A stretch of 64,000 nucleotides of DNA from Entomortierella parvispora E1425 (taxonomy: Eukaryota > Fungi > Mortierellomycota): the NCBI GenBank assembly GCA_020891255.1, contig BQFW01000001.1:2790001-2854000 (forward strand), in the 5' to 3' direction. The stretch's first letter is position 1. Every line of letters begins with the position of its first letter. Below, in pieces: positions 11,001 through 23,255 of this stretch. The notes beneath the pieces were generated by a model. The model worked only from the letters and a program-made list of their open reading frames with translations, was not told the DNA's origin and made no database searches. Made by a program: the position numbers and the translations under genes.

Positions 11001-13170
11001 TCGGATATCACATTTTTACCTTATCGCAAGCCAGGTCAGTGTCGTCCTGGTAGTTTTCATTTTCCATAAACTCCTTGACATACTCGAGAGCATAGAGACG
11101 ATCTTGAAGGTCTCTGCTCACGATTGATGAAATGATCCTGCTATTGAAAATCTCTAGCGCGATCGCGTACGTCTTGCGATCTTGCGCCGAGAGATCATCC
11201 TCGCTCCCGCCTTTGCTGTAGCTATCCTGTCCAATACGCGACATGTTTGCCTCCAAAGGACGTTCTGTGATTTCAGTCAAGACGGGCGACGTAAAGTGTG
11301 CCTGTGGGATTTTTGGCGATCCATGAGGATGTCTGATGAGGCCTGAAGAGTGGGATCTTGAGAATGGCAATGGAATCTTTCCAGAGTACTCGTTCCTCCT
11401 GGGTCGCTCAGGATCCGAGCTATTCTCGCTGGTTGTAGAGGGTGGTCGATGAATTGAAGGCGTGGGGGGCAGACTCTTGCGGCTCGTTTGGAGACGTCTA
11501 TGCGATCCCTCAAAACTGCTATTTGTGGTGTTGAGTTGGGCCGAGACGTTGGAGAAATTGCCCACAGATGCACTCTTTGTCAAAACGAAGGAGGACTGAT
11601 TACGTTCGCTGGCATCCTCTTGATCCCTTGGAGGTGTCATTGAGATGCGAGTAGCATTCTCCTCCTCCACAATGTAGAATCCGTTTTGCGAGAGATGTGC
11701 ATCCATTTTTGCTTTGATGTCGTTGACCTGTGCTTTTAGATCCTGAGCAAGATCGAAATCCTCTGTTTCTGCAGCTTGTCTTTTTTCAATGTCCAGAGCC
11801 TGAATTTCATCCGCCCACTGGTTTTACAATAGCTTTGTTAGTATTCATCTTGCATTGGTCCACTTCACCTCGACAGATCTTCTGGGCTCATGGGACTCAC
11901 CTGGATCACTTGCTCGTATCCTGCCTTGTAGAGCTTTGCAGAGTGAAAATCCTCGACTAACGGTAAAAGATTCAGGTTAGCAGATCGTTGACAAGACAAT
12001 TCTGAGAGAGGATCCGCGTTTAGTACCTTTCACGGCATCCAGCTTCGCCTTTATAAATCCCGACACAAGACGCTGCACCTCCTGGTCCAAGTAAGAATCC
12101 TGATGAACTTTAGTCTCGGCTATAGAAAGGGAGCGAACAGCGTCCCCAAGCGAGGGCATATCGGGCAAGATTGGCTCGGGTTCTGGAATGAATGACTGGA
12201 TGGCAGAGGTCGCCTCTGTGAATCCCTGTCCTGGGCCGTTAATGACCTCGCACTCGTCAAAGTCCAGTCTCTCCGAGTCAGCCACAAGCTCATCATTCAG
12301 GGGTTCGCCCAATACATTCAGAGCGAGAATTGCGACCTAGGGTGTGGTTCCGTGGGGTCTGATCAATACAAAGTCATTCTTCTTTGGACCGAAGAATATA
12401 CACCAAAAATCGAATGAATTGTACCTGATGATAGATATTGAGTGGGTTGACGTGACATTGTCGGATAACCACTCGAAGGTATTCACCCTTGACATCAAAG
12501 TTAATGGAGCGCAGCTCCCGTCCAGAGTAGTTTGATCCGGCGTTGCTGTCAAACGATATCGAGCCGAGCTTTTGAAACTGCAACACAGGAAGCTCCTTTT
12601 TGGGGATGTCGTAACCGATTAAGTCGATACTGTCGTCCTCTGCTTCATAATTGTTATCTCCACCGTCCTGTCCATAATTTGCATCCTGTCCGTTCTCCTG
12701 TCCTCCGTTCTCATGAATGTCAGAGAGAACAGCACCTTTCCGGGAACCCATCCAAAAGTCGAGCTTGCTTGCAATCTTGTACTGATGGGACAGGATCTGA
12801 ATCTTTCGGATTCTCGAGTATCCACTCGAGAACCGAAGCACGAGGTCCTGAGGATAGCTGCAAAACCTATTACGTTATAGTCCCAAGCAAGCGGTTTTTG
12901 TAACATGAGCAATCAGTCCTCCGGCAATTCAGGAGCCACAACGTTTTCCCGTTTCATGACAAGGGATCCTCGTCTGTTTTTTTTTTGGGGGGGGGGGGGG
13001 AAGAGTGATAAAGGGCGTCAATCCCTGCACGATGATCTCTACCTGGGAGTATGCCATCCTTTTCCCACAGATGTCTGCATCAAACCGACGAGCTCTTCTG
13101 GTGGATATCCTGCATCCCATCCCGATGCCATCTGGATCTCGTAATGCAACCGTTGGGGTGCTAGGACCAT
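8035..13170 (-). CDS. CEP104: Centrosomal protein CEP104 homologue (N-terminal jelly-roll, coiled coil, TOG/HEAT repeats, C-terminal zinc fingers), many exons; start codon tentative
   Basis: The N-terminus reads ASGWDAGYPPEEL...KGWHTPR|FCSYPQDLVLRFSSGYSRIRKIQILSHQYKIASKLDFWMG, followed by YSGRELRSINFDVKGEYLRVVIRQCHVNPLNIYHQV. There are HEAT-like segments (DLNTRVRQ, GVKPLIIE). The zinc fingers are FCVFCDE...HYWSECAMLANCQFC, EVPTLTEHILHEC and RCPLCQTII...WKQHL...GCPKN. Confidence 0.85.
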
Positions 13171-14530
13171 GAGGTACTCCTGCAATGCCTGAATGTTTCT
13201 CTGCAAGGGGACGCCCGCCTGCAACTCTGCCACATCTCTATCTTTCAGCGTCACAAGGACTTGATCATTTCCGCCATCCTCGGGCCGTTGGTGGTGCGAT
13301 CCTAGAGATCCAGACGAGAACGGCACGCTGCTATGGCGGATGTTTAAAGAGAGAGCATGTCAGTCTCAAGTTGGTTTGTCTTAGGCTGATAATCTGTTTG
13401 CCTGTCGGTCTGTCCATCGGTCGGCCGGTCAGTCAGCCAGGCAGTGTTTGTTCGTTGTCTGTCTGTCCAAGACTGCTTGTCTATGTCCGTGTTGTCTGTT
13501 TGTCTAAGACCCTTTGTCTCTGTCCGTGTTGTCTGCGTCAGTCTATGTGGTCAAATGGCCTCGGCGAGTCGGGAGAGTGACGAGACGCGGGCGTGACACG
13601 AGTTTTCGTGTAGGGTTTGAAGCAGATCCGCGGTCAATGTGATTGCAGCAAATGGCTGGCTCCCCCTCCCTCTTACGCTTTGGATCGACCAATGAGCGAT
13701 CGACGACGTGCCCGCACTCGGAGGTTGGATGGCAGCTTCTTGCTGGCCTGCAGATGGGCTGGATCGGCCTTGGAGGGAGGACGCATCTCGCAGGGGGTCA
13801 GTCAGGCACAGTCAGGTACAGTCCGGTTCTGCGAGCAAAGAAAAGAAAAAGGTGCGAAAGGAGGAGAAAAAGTCCGTTCTGTTCCCTGCGAACGATTGCT
13901 TTGCTGACAAGGCAAGGAAGGAGAGAGAGAAGGAGAGGGGAAGGCTCCGGTGGGGCGAGCACGGGTGAGATGATGGTCTCGAGAATGAGCAGAGAGAGAG
14001 AGAGGGAGAGAGAGGGAGGGGCGGGATGAGAATGTGAATGAAAGGGAATCCAAAGGGTGAGCAGGCGAGGGAGGAGGATAGCAGACCTTCCCTTGTCTTC
14101 TTTGCGATAAAAACAATGAGAAAGAAAAAGAAAAAAGAAAACACGCGCGCGTGGGCTCGCATTGCGCTTTCTTTCTTTCTTACTTTCTTTCTTCTCGCTT
14201 CTCTTTTCTTCGCCAGCGAACCACCAGAACCCCTTTTGTTCAGGTGAAAGAGCCACATACACCGGGAGAACATGACCCCTACGCTTCCTCTCCATCAAAA
14301 CCAAGGTGGACGATCCCTCACCACCCTCTTGTCGCTCTCGTTCTCAAAGCCATTGTTAGCACTGTGGTAGTCCACTCACTGCCCCATGTCGAGAAATAGA
14401 TATAGTTGAGGTCCCGTCAATGCTCCCCTTGCTCACTTTACTCGCTCTCCTCGTTCTTCTCGTTTTTTTTTGTTGGTCTGTCTGCCCGCTGACTCTACTG
14501 CTTCAGTAATATACAGATTATTATTATCAT

Positions 14531-15748
14531 CTACGAAAAGAAGTTCTTCAGCGCATCCGATGGGTCCTTGGCCTCAATACGCCGCCGTTTGACAACTTCA
14601 TCAGCTAGAGAGCGTAAAACAGCAAATGCATCAAAGTCAGTTACTGCAACCTTTTCTTTCCTGCAGAAATAAACAGAGTGGAGTGGAGTGGTCTCTTACA
14701 TTGGCCTGCCTGTTGCGATTGGTATGCTCTCTTTGCTGAAATTGCATCCCGTCTAGAGTCAAGAATCCCGAGCACTCTTGGTACTATTATCGCCATCCAA
14801 TAAAAACAGTATAAGTTACACGGTCATACAATCCTATTGTGTCTACACAGTGACTTGGAACCAAGGGTCTTACGTAGAACCTGCATTCGTTTGAGTTCCT
14901 GGGCCACCTGGGAGTTGGGCGACACAATGTTTGCCTCGACTTTGCCTGCATCTAGTCGAGTGATTTCGCTTTGAAGAGTCTAACCCAAAGGGTCACCATC
15001 ACAGTTTAGTCCATGCTCAATAAAGGTTTTTGATCCCGGTTTCCTGTTCAGTCATACCTTGTAGTAAGAGTGCTTCTCCTGAAGAGTCTTGTATTTCGTC
15101 TGGAGAGACGCGATTCGCGAGCGCAGATCGGCGTATTTTTGTAGCCGTGAAGACGTTGCTGCAGTTGAACCTCCCTGGCCAGACGATTCGCCTTGGACGC
15201 CATCTGCACTCCCACCCTCATCATCCTGATGATGCTGCCAAGTTTCTGGAAAAGCGTCGATCCAGTCTGACTCAAGAATCTCGGGCACAGTCTTTGTTCT
15301 GATGATGATTCCTCCCTGTCGCGCCTTTTTCCGCAACTCGTGTTGATGTGCCTCTAATTGTTCCAGTAATTGGCGTATAGACTGATGGTTGAAGGACAGT
15401 CGCAGTGACTTTGTACTGGTGGCATGGACTAAGAAAACAATTCAGAAAAAAGAGATTGCAAAAACAGGGGTCAGCGACATGATCCCGGATCAGGTGGACA
15501 TGAGCCAGATACAACCCTTGCAACACAAAAAGATCGCACGATACGATACGTTTGGCTAGGGCCGCGTTGATGACGGGGACGGGGATGGCCTGTGCTTTGC
15601 TGTTTGCTGCGAGTCTAGATAAATGGCGGTTCAAGTCGTCTGCGGGCAGACTAGGGGCCTGCAAGAGTCTGACCTGGGCCTGGAGGAATGCCTTCTTGTC
15701 ATGGTAGTAACGTGCTTGACTGCTCGGTTGAGCAGGTTGAGATGCCAT
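14531..15748 (-). CDS. Inner-kinetochore Fta4/Nkp1-like protein, multi-exon; 3' exons tentative
   Basis: Segments YHDKKAFLQAQVRLLQAP, SIRQLLEQL and EANIVSPNSQVAQELKRMQVL resemble recalled Fta4-family motifs (K..FL..Q.R.L; ..EQI; NLV..D.E...EL.RM..L). Confidence 0.55.
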
Positions 15749-16257
15749 GCTGGCTGTCAGTGTGTCAGTTCCTGTCTGTCTGTCTGTCCGTCTGTCCTTC
15801 AGGCTGTCCGTGTCCGAGTCCTTGTGGCGTGTTTCCTGTGATTGATGTGGCGATGGAGTGCAGTGAGGACAGAACAGGACATGCAAGCATGCACAAGTGG
15901 CACGAAAAAACACAGTGAGACCCACCGCACAGAGCGAGAGCGAAAGGGCAGTCGGTGGCTTTGCTGCGCTGACATTCGGCTTTTTTTGTGCATTGCATTA
16001 CTTTATGCTCTTTCTCTCAATCCATCCTCCTCTCTCAATCCATCGTCCTCCTTTCTCTCCATTGCCTCGATCTTTACGCTTGCTCTTTTCGTCTCTACTT
16101 TCTTCCTTCTTCCTCACTCGCTCTCTCGCACACACCTGCTTTGCTGGACAGCCCGTTGCTGCAACACTGAGATCCTGTCAATTCGTCATTTGCTATTAAA
16201 ATCTTTTTGTATGTGCTTTTTTGTCTGCTTGGTCCTCCTTGCTTCCTCGATCCTCGT

Positions 16258-19200
16258 ATGACTAACGTCTTTCGCCCTTCTAGTTTGTCAGCGTCTATTC
16301 AAATGTACCAACACTACCAACAGCAGCAGCAGCACTATCCTGGGGGGCAGCTTCATCATGGCAGAGAGACCACGGATCCAAACGCCGTCCGCCAGATGTA
16401 CCGGAGAGAGCTGGCGTCGCTGACGTTTAATTCCAAACCCATCATTACCAGCCTGACCATCGCAGCTGGCGAGAATGTGACTGCATCCAGTACCATTGTT
16501 CAAGCGATCGAGGAGAGATTGAGAACGGTATGGAATCCACTTGCCTGTCAAGCTGCAATCTGTTCGTTGTACCACATCGTCGATTTCGCTCTCTGCAGAG
16601 TCAAACTAATTCGTTTCATTCTTTGTCTTCACTAGGCTCCTCCCGGTCAAAAGCTCCCCACTCTTTATTTGATCGACTCTATTATCAAGAATGTTGGCGA
16701 ACCGTACTTGAACTTGTTTGGAAGATCCATTGTCAGTCTATTTTTGGATGCGTACGCGGTGGTCGATGGTGCTACTCGATCCAGTTTTGAAAAAGTGCTT
16801 GGTACCTGGCCCAACTGGACAACTCTGCTCTTTTCCCGGGATACCATTGGCAGGATCAATCATGGCGTCCAGTCCATCCATATGCAACAATCTGCGTCCC
16901 GATCATACCAACCCCCAGCCTTGGATAATTACAATACGGTAAGATACTTTTGCATGACGAATGATTTATACCCCTTACGACCTGGTAGCTGTAGATTAGA
17001 CCGAATTTTTTATGTGGTCAAGTTCGCTCTCTTTCAAAAAAAAATACCCATCGCCCATTGTTGTCTTTTTCTTGTCCAATTGGCCATGATGAGCATGAAT
17101 TCTTGGAGATGACAGTTGGCCTCAACAATCTAGGCCAGGATGTGCCTATTTGGATGGCAATTTCAGGCTGCAGCCTTCAGACACAGTTTTCATACCATGA
17201 ATCATTCACTGCAGCCTGTGCAAGCTGTTCAGCTTAAACCGAGTAGAGAGCTAGTAGGGTGATCGCCATGAGTGCACTAGAAGTCGCGGAGAGCGAGTAG
17301 AGTAGCACGATCTTGGATGCAGACTGGACGGCAAGCAGTGGACAAGGCAGTGGTCAGGATTGAGTGTTGAATTATGGCTTTTTTTTTCTGTTGCACCGTC
17401 AGGACAGAGCATTCAGTAGTCAACACAGCTTGATAGAGCAACTCGCATAGAGCTTTCGTTCATCCTTTTGATCGCGTGACGATCCTTGTGGCGCCAAAGT
17501 GGCAACACTTCTTTGATGTCTACATGATTCTGACTGCGATTACCTTCTTCATCTTTATCCCACCACTGGTCTGTTCCTGAATTTGTCTATTATATTGCAT
17601 GCCGCCCTTGGGACGGCCATGATCTTTTTGCATCACTACAGAACCGAGCCATGCCAAGAGCGCCAGAAGGCCCATCCGGAGACAATGTGCTTTTGCAGGA
17701 TATCCAGCTTCTGATGATGCAGAAACAACAGGCCATGATTGTGAACCCGGGCGACCAAGCGAGCTCCAAGCAGATCGATATTCTCCGCCAGGTAAATAAG
17801 AGGATGTGGTTCGCATGCGTGTTATTTGCAACTGAAAGTGATGAGGGGATTCCAAAAACCAGCGATAAAAAAACAAGAAAAAAAAATATCAAAAAACTAC
17901 ACAATTGTGCGGTTGCCCCAAAATCAGATACCAGTGGATCAATGGCGCCGACATTGTCCTCCATTGAACTCTGCATTTGCACATAGCCGTGATGGATGGT
18001 TGATTCCCATTCAATGAACAAACGCTCATTCGTCGTTTTTTGTTTGATCCGCCCTTTATTTCTTTGCTAGCTCGAGTCGATCGTCAAATCGACCCAGCTC
18101 ACGCCCGAGCATGCCAATATGATCCGCCAGCAGTTGGCCCAGTTGATTGTGCCAGTGCCCCCAATGGCCGCGCCTGCGCCTGTTCCGCCATACTTCCAGG
18201 GAGGGATGCCTCCTATGCCCCCTGCGTCGTCTTTGGCCCCTCCTCCCCCGATGCCCATGCCCATGTCGGCCGCTGGTCTCCCTTTTAATATCCCCCCTCC
18301 AGGACATTTTGCTGGTCAACCGTTCCCTGGACCTAATGGACCCGCAGCTATTTCACAGCCACCCTCTTCACAACCGCCATCGGCACCACCAGTAGCACCA
18401 GTAGCTGCAGCTGCACCACCACCACCACCACCGGCCGCGGCCGCCAGCAATCTCTTTGCAAGCTTGATGCAGTCAGGACTTCTTGGGCCTAACGGAACAT
18501 TGTCGAACCAGCTTTTGCAGAATGCAGTCAATTTGAATAGGGGATCACCGTCCCCTGTCCCTGCGGCGGCTACGCTTCCCATGCTCAGTGTACCCATTGC
18601 TCCTGCTCAGCAGGCCAATGACCTTGACCTTGGCGTCATGTCTCTTGGCCCCATCGAATTAACTAGTCAAGATATCCAAAGGTTAGTATCTGAGAGGCAA
18701 TTGTCGATCGTATTGTATTGCGGACGTGTATCTTCAGAGCCCTCGCCCTAACATGCCACTTATTGACTTTGATGGACATTGAAAAAAAAAATGTATCTAG
18801 GAAACGGCCAGCAGCGCTTCAAGTCATGTATGGAACCCCGCCACTTCAATGTAACCAGTGCGGGTACCGATGCCCCAAGGCACCGGATGCCCAAAAGAAG
18901 ATGGATGCTCACTTGGACTGGCATTTTCGTCAGAACCGTCGGTTGAAGGACAAGGCCAAGAAGAGTCATTCCCGGAGCTGGCTTGTGAATGAGGAGGATT
19001 GGATTCATTCCCGAGAAGGAGATGTGAGCCAGAGTCAACAACCGGTTTTCTTTGATATGGGATCCGGCATCAACAAGACCAGCAAGGATGAGCAGGCTTT
19101 GCAAGAGGAGATCGCGGCCCTGAAAGAGTCGATTGTGTCAGAGGCAGAGTTGACCCATGAGCTTTGCAAAGGGGGCGTAATGACCACCAGTACAGCCCTG

Positions 19201-19906
19201 GCTGCGATTGCAAAAGGATGCTCAATCTGCATGGAAAAGTTCGTCAAGGTCTGGAACGATGTGGATGAAGAGTGGTCCTACAAGAACGCGATGGTGGTTG
19301 ACAATGTGGTAAGTCTTTTCAGCACGCACTAATGAGCCCCTCTCCCAGTGAAACCAAAATTGATGTCTGAAAGGACTTTCTAGAACAGCTCTAACCCTTT
19401 TATTGCCTTGACATGCATAGATTTACCATGCTACGTGCCATGCGGATATGGTGCGGTCCAATTTGCGCAAGACAGCTTTGGCCGAGGCCAACGGAACGCC
19501 CGCCTTGTCATCCACAGACTCCCCTAAACCTGAACCCGTCGCAGATCTCTCGCCTCCCACTTCTTCCTCTTTAGCCACAGAAAGCAAGTCGGATGTGAAA
19601 GAAGAAGAAAAGAAGGATTTGTCAAATCTTGTGGAGAATGGCAGCAGTGCAGACCATGATATGAAGGAATTGGAACTTGTCACGTCGTTGAAGCGCAAGG
19701 TAAGATTTCTTTTTTTTTTTTTTTTTTTTTTTTTTTGGATTGGAATGCTGGGCCTCACCCTCCCTCAGTCCTATCCTTTTCATCCTAAACGTTGTTCAGA
19801 TTGGACGTGAAACTCATACTTTTGCTCTCCTTGTTCGTCATAGCTTGAAGAAGATCAGGAGGACCAAGACCAATTAGCAACAAAAAAGGCCATTCTCTCT
19901 GAATAG
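16258..19906 (+). CDS. PCF11: mRNA 3'-end processing and termination factor Pcf11, multi-exon
   Basis: CID domain YRRELASLTFNSKPIITSLT...KLPTLYLIDSIIKNVG; Pro-rich middle region; zinc fingers CNQCGYRC...HLDWHFRQN...SRSWLVNEEDW and CSICMEKF..VWNDVDEEWSYKNA...YHATC. Confidence 0.93.
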
Positions 19907-20205
19907 AAAATACCAGAAACTCCAAAAAAAAATTGCTTGTTGTGTGTTCTTTCATGTATCTCTTTTGTCCGTAGCCTTTGTAGTATCCAATATACAATAT
20001 CCCACCTTAATCTCTCATGCATCCCCCCAATGGTAGCATTGGTGACTTATATATGTTTCTGGCTGTTTATTTATTATATTTTTTTGGTTTGTTTGTTTGT
20101 TTGTTTGTTCTGTCAAAGAAAAGGAGGGAAGAAGGGCTCGCTGAGCAGAAAAAAAAAAGATCCCTACAACATAGTTGATTTTTTTTTTTTTTTTTTGGAA
20201 ATCAC

Positions 20206-22442
20206 TCAAGGACCCTCAGTCATTTCTGTGTCCTGGTCTGATCCAGCAGTCGCCGGTACTTGTGAAGCTCCCAAGGAATGTGTGCTAGACGATGCGGACG
20301 AGACAGGTGGGGAAGCAGGTTTGGCTGCGTCCATCACCACATCCCCATCCTTCTCCTCAGCTGCATCTGCAGCGGGGGTTCCTTCTGAGGTAGTCGATTC
20401 TGTCTTTCCATTGCCGTTCTTGCCGGGTTGCAATCTAGTTGCTGCCTCTGGCAAAGTATCGACCGTGCCACGGGTCCGAGAACGGGAGGGCGCCGTTGCA
20501 TCGGCTTTGGTGGCCCTTCCGTGACGGACCGAGGATGTGTAACGAACACCATGCAACGAGTTGGACTCCTCATCCTCTGAATCTTCAAACTCGTTCTCTG
20601 GCACCACCCTCTTGTCCCAAAGTCTCTCTATAAAATGGAAAAAAAATGTCAGCAAAAAAAAAATAAGATCACAACCTCCAATGAAACAGGCAAAAAAAAA
20701 AGGACTTGGCCTTACGAGGGACTCTCTTTTCTGGATCATCCTGATCCTCGTCATCTGAAAGGTCGAGATCCCGTGGCACAGGCTGCATCTGAACAGAAGG
20801 GGCTCCCTTGGACCGGGCCAAGTTCTCAAAGACCTGTTGCTTAATCTTTTCCAGGTACTCCATCGAGTTGGCATTGTCCATATTGCTAGGCTTGACATCC
20901 AGTTTGTAATCCGGTCCGAAATACTCGTAATAGTCATTAAAGGGCATATCGGGCCCGACCTCCTGTCCCACAGCGACTCCAGTCTCATAACACCACGCTC
21001 TCGCCACATTGCGCATCGTGTATCCACCCCCTCCCAGAATCAAGAGAGGAAGGTTCAACTTTTTAACAAATGCAACACAGTTGGCATGTCCTATTTACAA
21101 TCAAAAACAAGTTTAGTCCTGCAGTTCTCAACTCCAATTTGCATCCCAAAATACAGATCGCCCCGTTTCTGTTACCTTTCATGGACAGATTAAAGCATCC
21201 AAGCTTGTCGCCGCTCAAAGAATCTGCACCACACTGTAATACAATAGCACCAGGCTTGTACCAATCCACGACATGCTGAATCACTGGCTCAAAAATACTC
21301 TTGTAAGTGGTATCATCGATGCCGTCCCGAAGGGGAAAGTTGACAGCATAGTATTTTCCATTTCCTACTCCCACATCCTAATAGAAGAAGACAAAAAGAA
21401 CCCCCATGTCGGTTATAATCTGGAGACTTCCACACCAAATTGAAAAAAGTTTCTTTTTTTGAACTCTGTCGTCCAACTTACTCTCACTTCTCCTGTTCCT
21501 GGAAAGTATTCTCCATGCTTATGAAAACTGACAGTCATGACACGGTCCGTGGTATAGAATGCCTCCTCCACTCCGTCACCATGGTGAATATCGATATCGA
21601 TGTAAAGCACACGAGGGTGGTATCGGAGCAACTCCAAGATCGAGAGCACAATGTCGTTCACATAACAGAATCCACTAGCCTCTGTCTTTTTAGCGTGGTG
21701 AAGTCCTCCTGCCCAGTTGACCGCGATATCGCAAGAGCCATTGTTCAATCTAGCGGCACCCTCTACAAGCATGGGACAAACAGAAAAAGGTCAGGGACAT
21801 GTTTTCGAATTCAAGATATGATCCCCTTGGTCAGCAATGACACACTTGAGCAATTGAAAGACGAGGTCGGACGACATACCCATAGATCCTCCGGCAGAGA
21901 GCTGACAGTATTCAAAGAGTCCTTCGAAAATAGGGCAATCGTCTCCTACGTTGACTTAAGGTTTTGGAAGAGAAAAATGTCGAGTCAGTCCAATGGAGTC
22001 GCAAACACTGATCTGTCCATAGGGGGTGACCCAAATGTCCAAAACAAGAAGGGAAAAAAAGCCATACATTTGACCTGCTCCTTGGCATATGATTCCATGT
22101 TGTCAGGCGAGACTCTGGACAAAAAGTCAATGTACTCGTCCGTGTGAAATGCAGTCATCTCCTTCTTGCTTCCTGGTCTTGCGCGCTACAACAAAAGCAA
22201 AGAACGAGTCAATATAAACATAGAGAACCAAAGGGTAGGAGTATCGCAACGCTTGAGCCGGCCTGGCAAGGCAGAAAGCCGCTTACGTAGATCTCCATCT
22301 TGTTGTAGAGGCCATAGTTCATGACCAGACTGTGACACATGCGAATACGATGAGGCTTCATAGGGTGCCCTGGTCCATAATGGTAGTTTCCAATGTTTTG
22401 ATCGTAAAAGTAGGCGACTCTCTTCTTGGGTTCAGCAGTCAT
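20206..22442 (-). CDS. RPD3: Class I histone deacetylase Rpd3/HDAC1, multi-exon
   Basis: [86 protein letters not shown] and [19 protein letters not shown], followed by an acidic tail. Confidence 0.97.
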
Positions 22443-23255
22443 CTGTCCCGGAACGTGAAGGGTAGATGAGCCCGATGCCGAGATCTACTCCCGTATCAAA
22501 CAGATCGAAAGAGTAATACAAAAGAGGTAGATCGTGATGATAACGATAAAAAGGAAAAAAAGAAGCAGACATGAGGGTTAAAAGGCGTTTCCAGTACGTC
22601 GACAAAACATGTCTGCCTTTCATCCTCCTGTACAACACAGTAGGAGTGTTGCCTGTGGTCCAAGCCTGATCCCCCTGCTGCATCAGAGTTGGCATTCATC
22701 CCCTACCTCTGAATCATCTCGCCGAGACATTGCTGGTTACAGGGGCTTGTGATCGCGAGTGGAAATGAGGCGATTTGTTCCAAGGGAAGGGTCCAGTGCT
22801 TTGTCCAACTGGGCTTTCTGTAGGTTGGGCGCGTGCTTAAAGTCCTGGTGGGTAGAAGCGAAGGATGGGAGGTAGGAAGACGACAAAGAAGAGAGAGCAT
22901 GCATGCATCCAGAGGGAGACCTGTGACTATGACCTCTGGAACATATTATCATCGCAGATGCTGCGTTGCGCCCATCTTCGGGATCGGGCCTATCCCCTTA
23001 TTTTTTCCTTGTGCCGCCTTTTTTTTTTTTTTTTTTTTTTTTGGTACAAGGTCAAGGTACAATAGCTCTCTTTTACTGTCGGAACAAAGACTCAGACATT
23101 GGTGCAGGGGCATGGATCGCATGATGGCAAGGGTGGTATCGAGCAAAAGCGTTATTATTTATTATACAGTCAGAGAATACATTGGTTTCGCTTTGTTGAA
23201 AGAAAAAAAAAAGGGAAAGAGAAGGACGATTTCTTTTCTTTTTCTCTCTCGTTGA

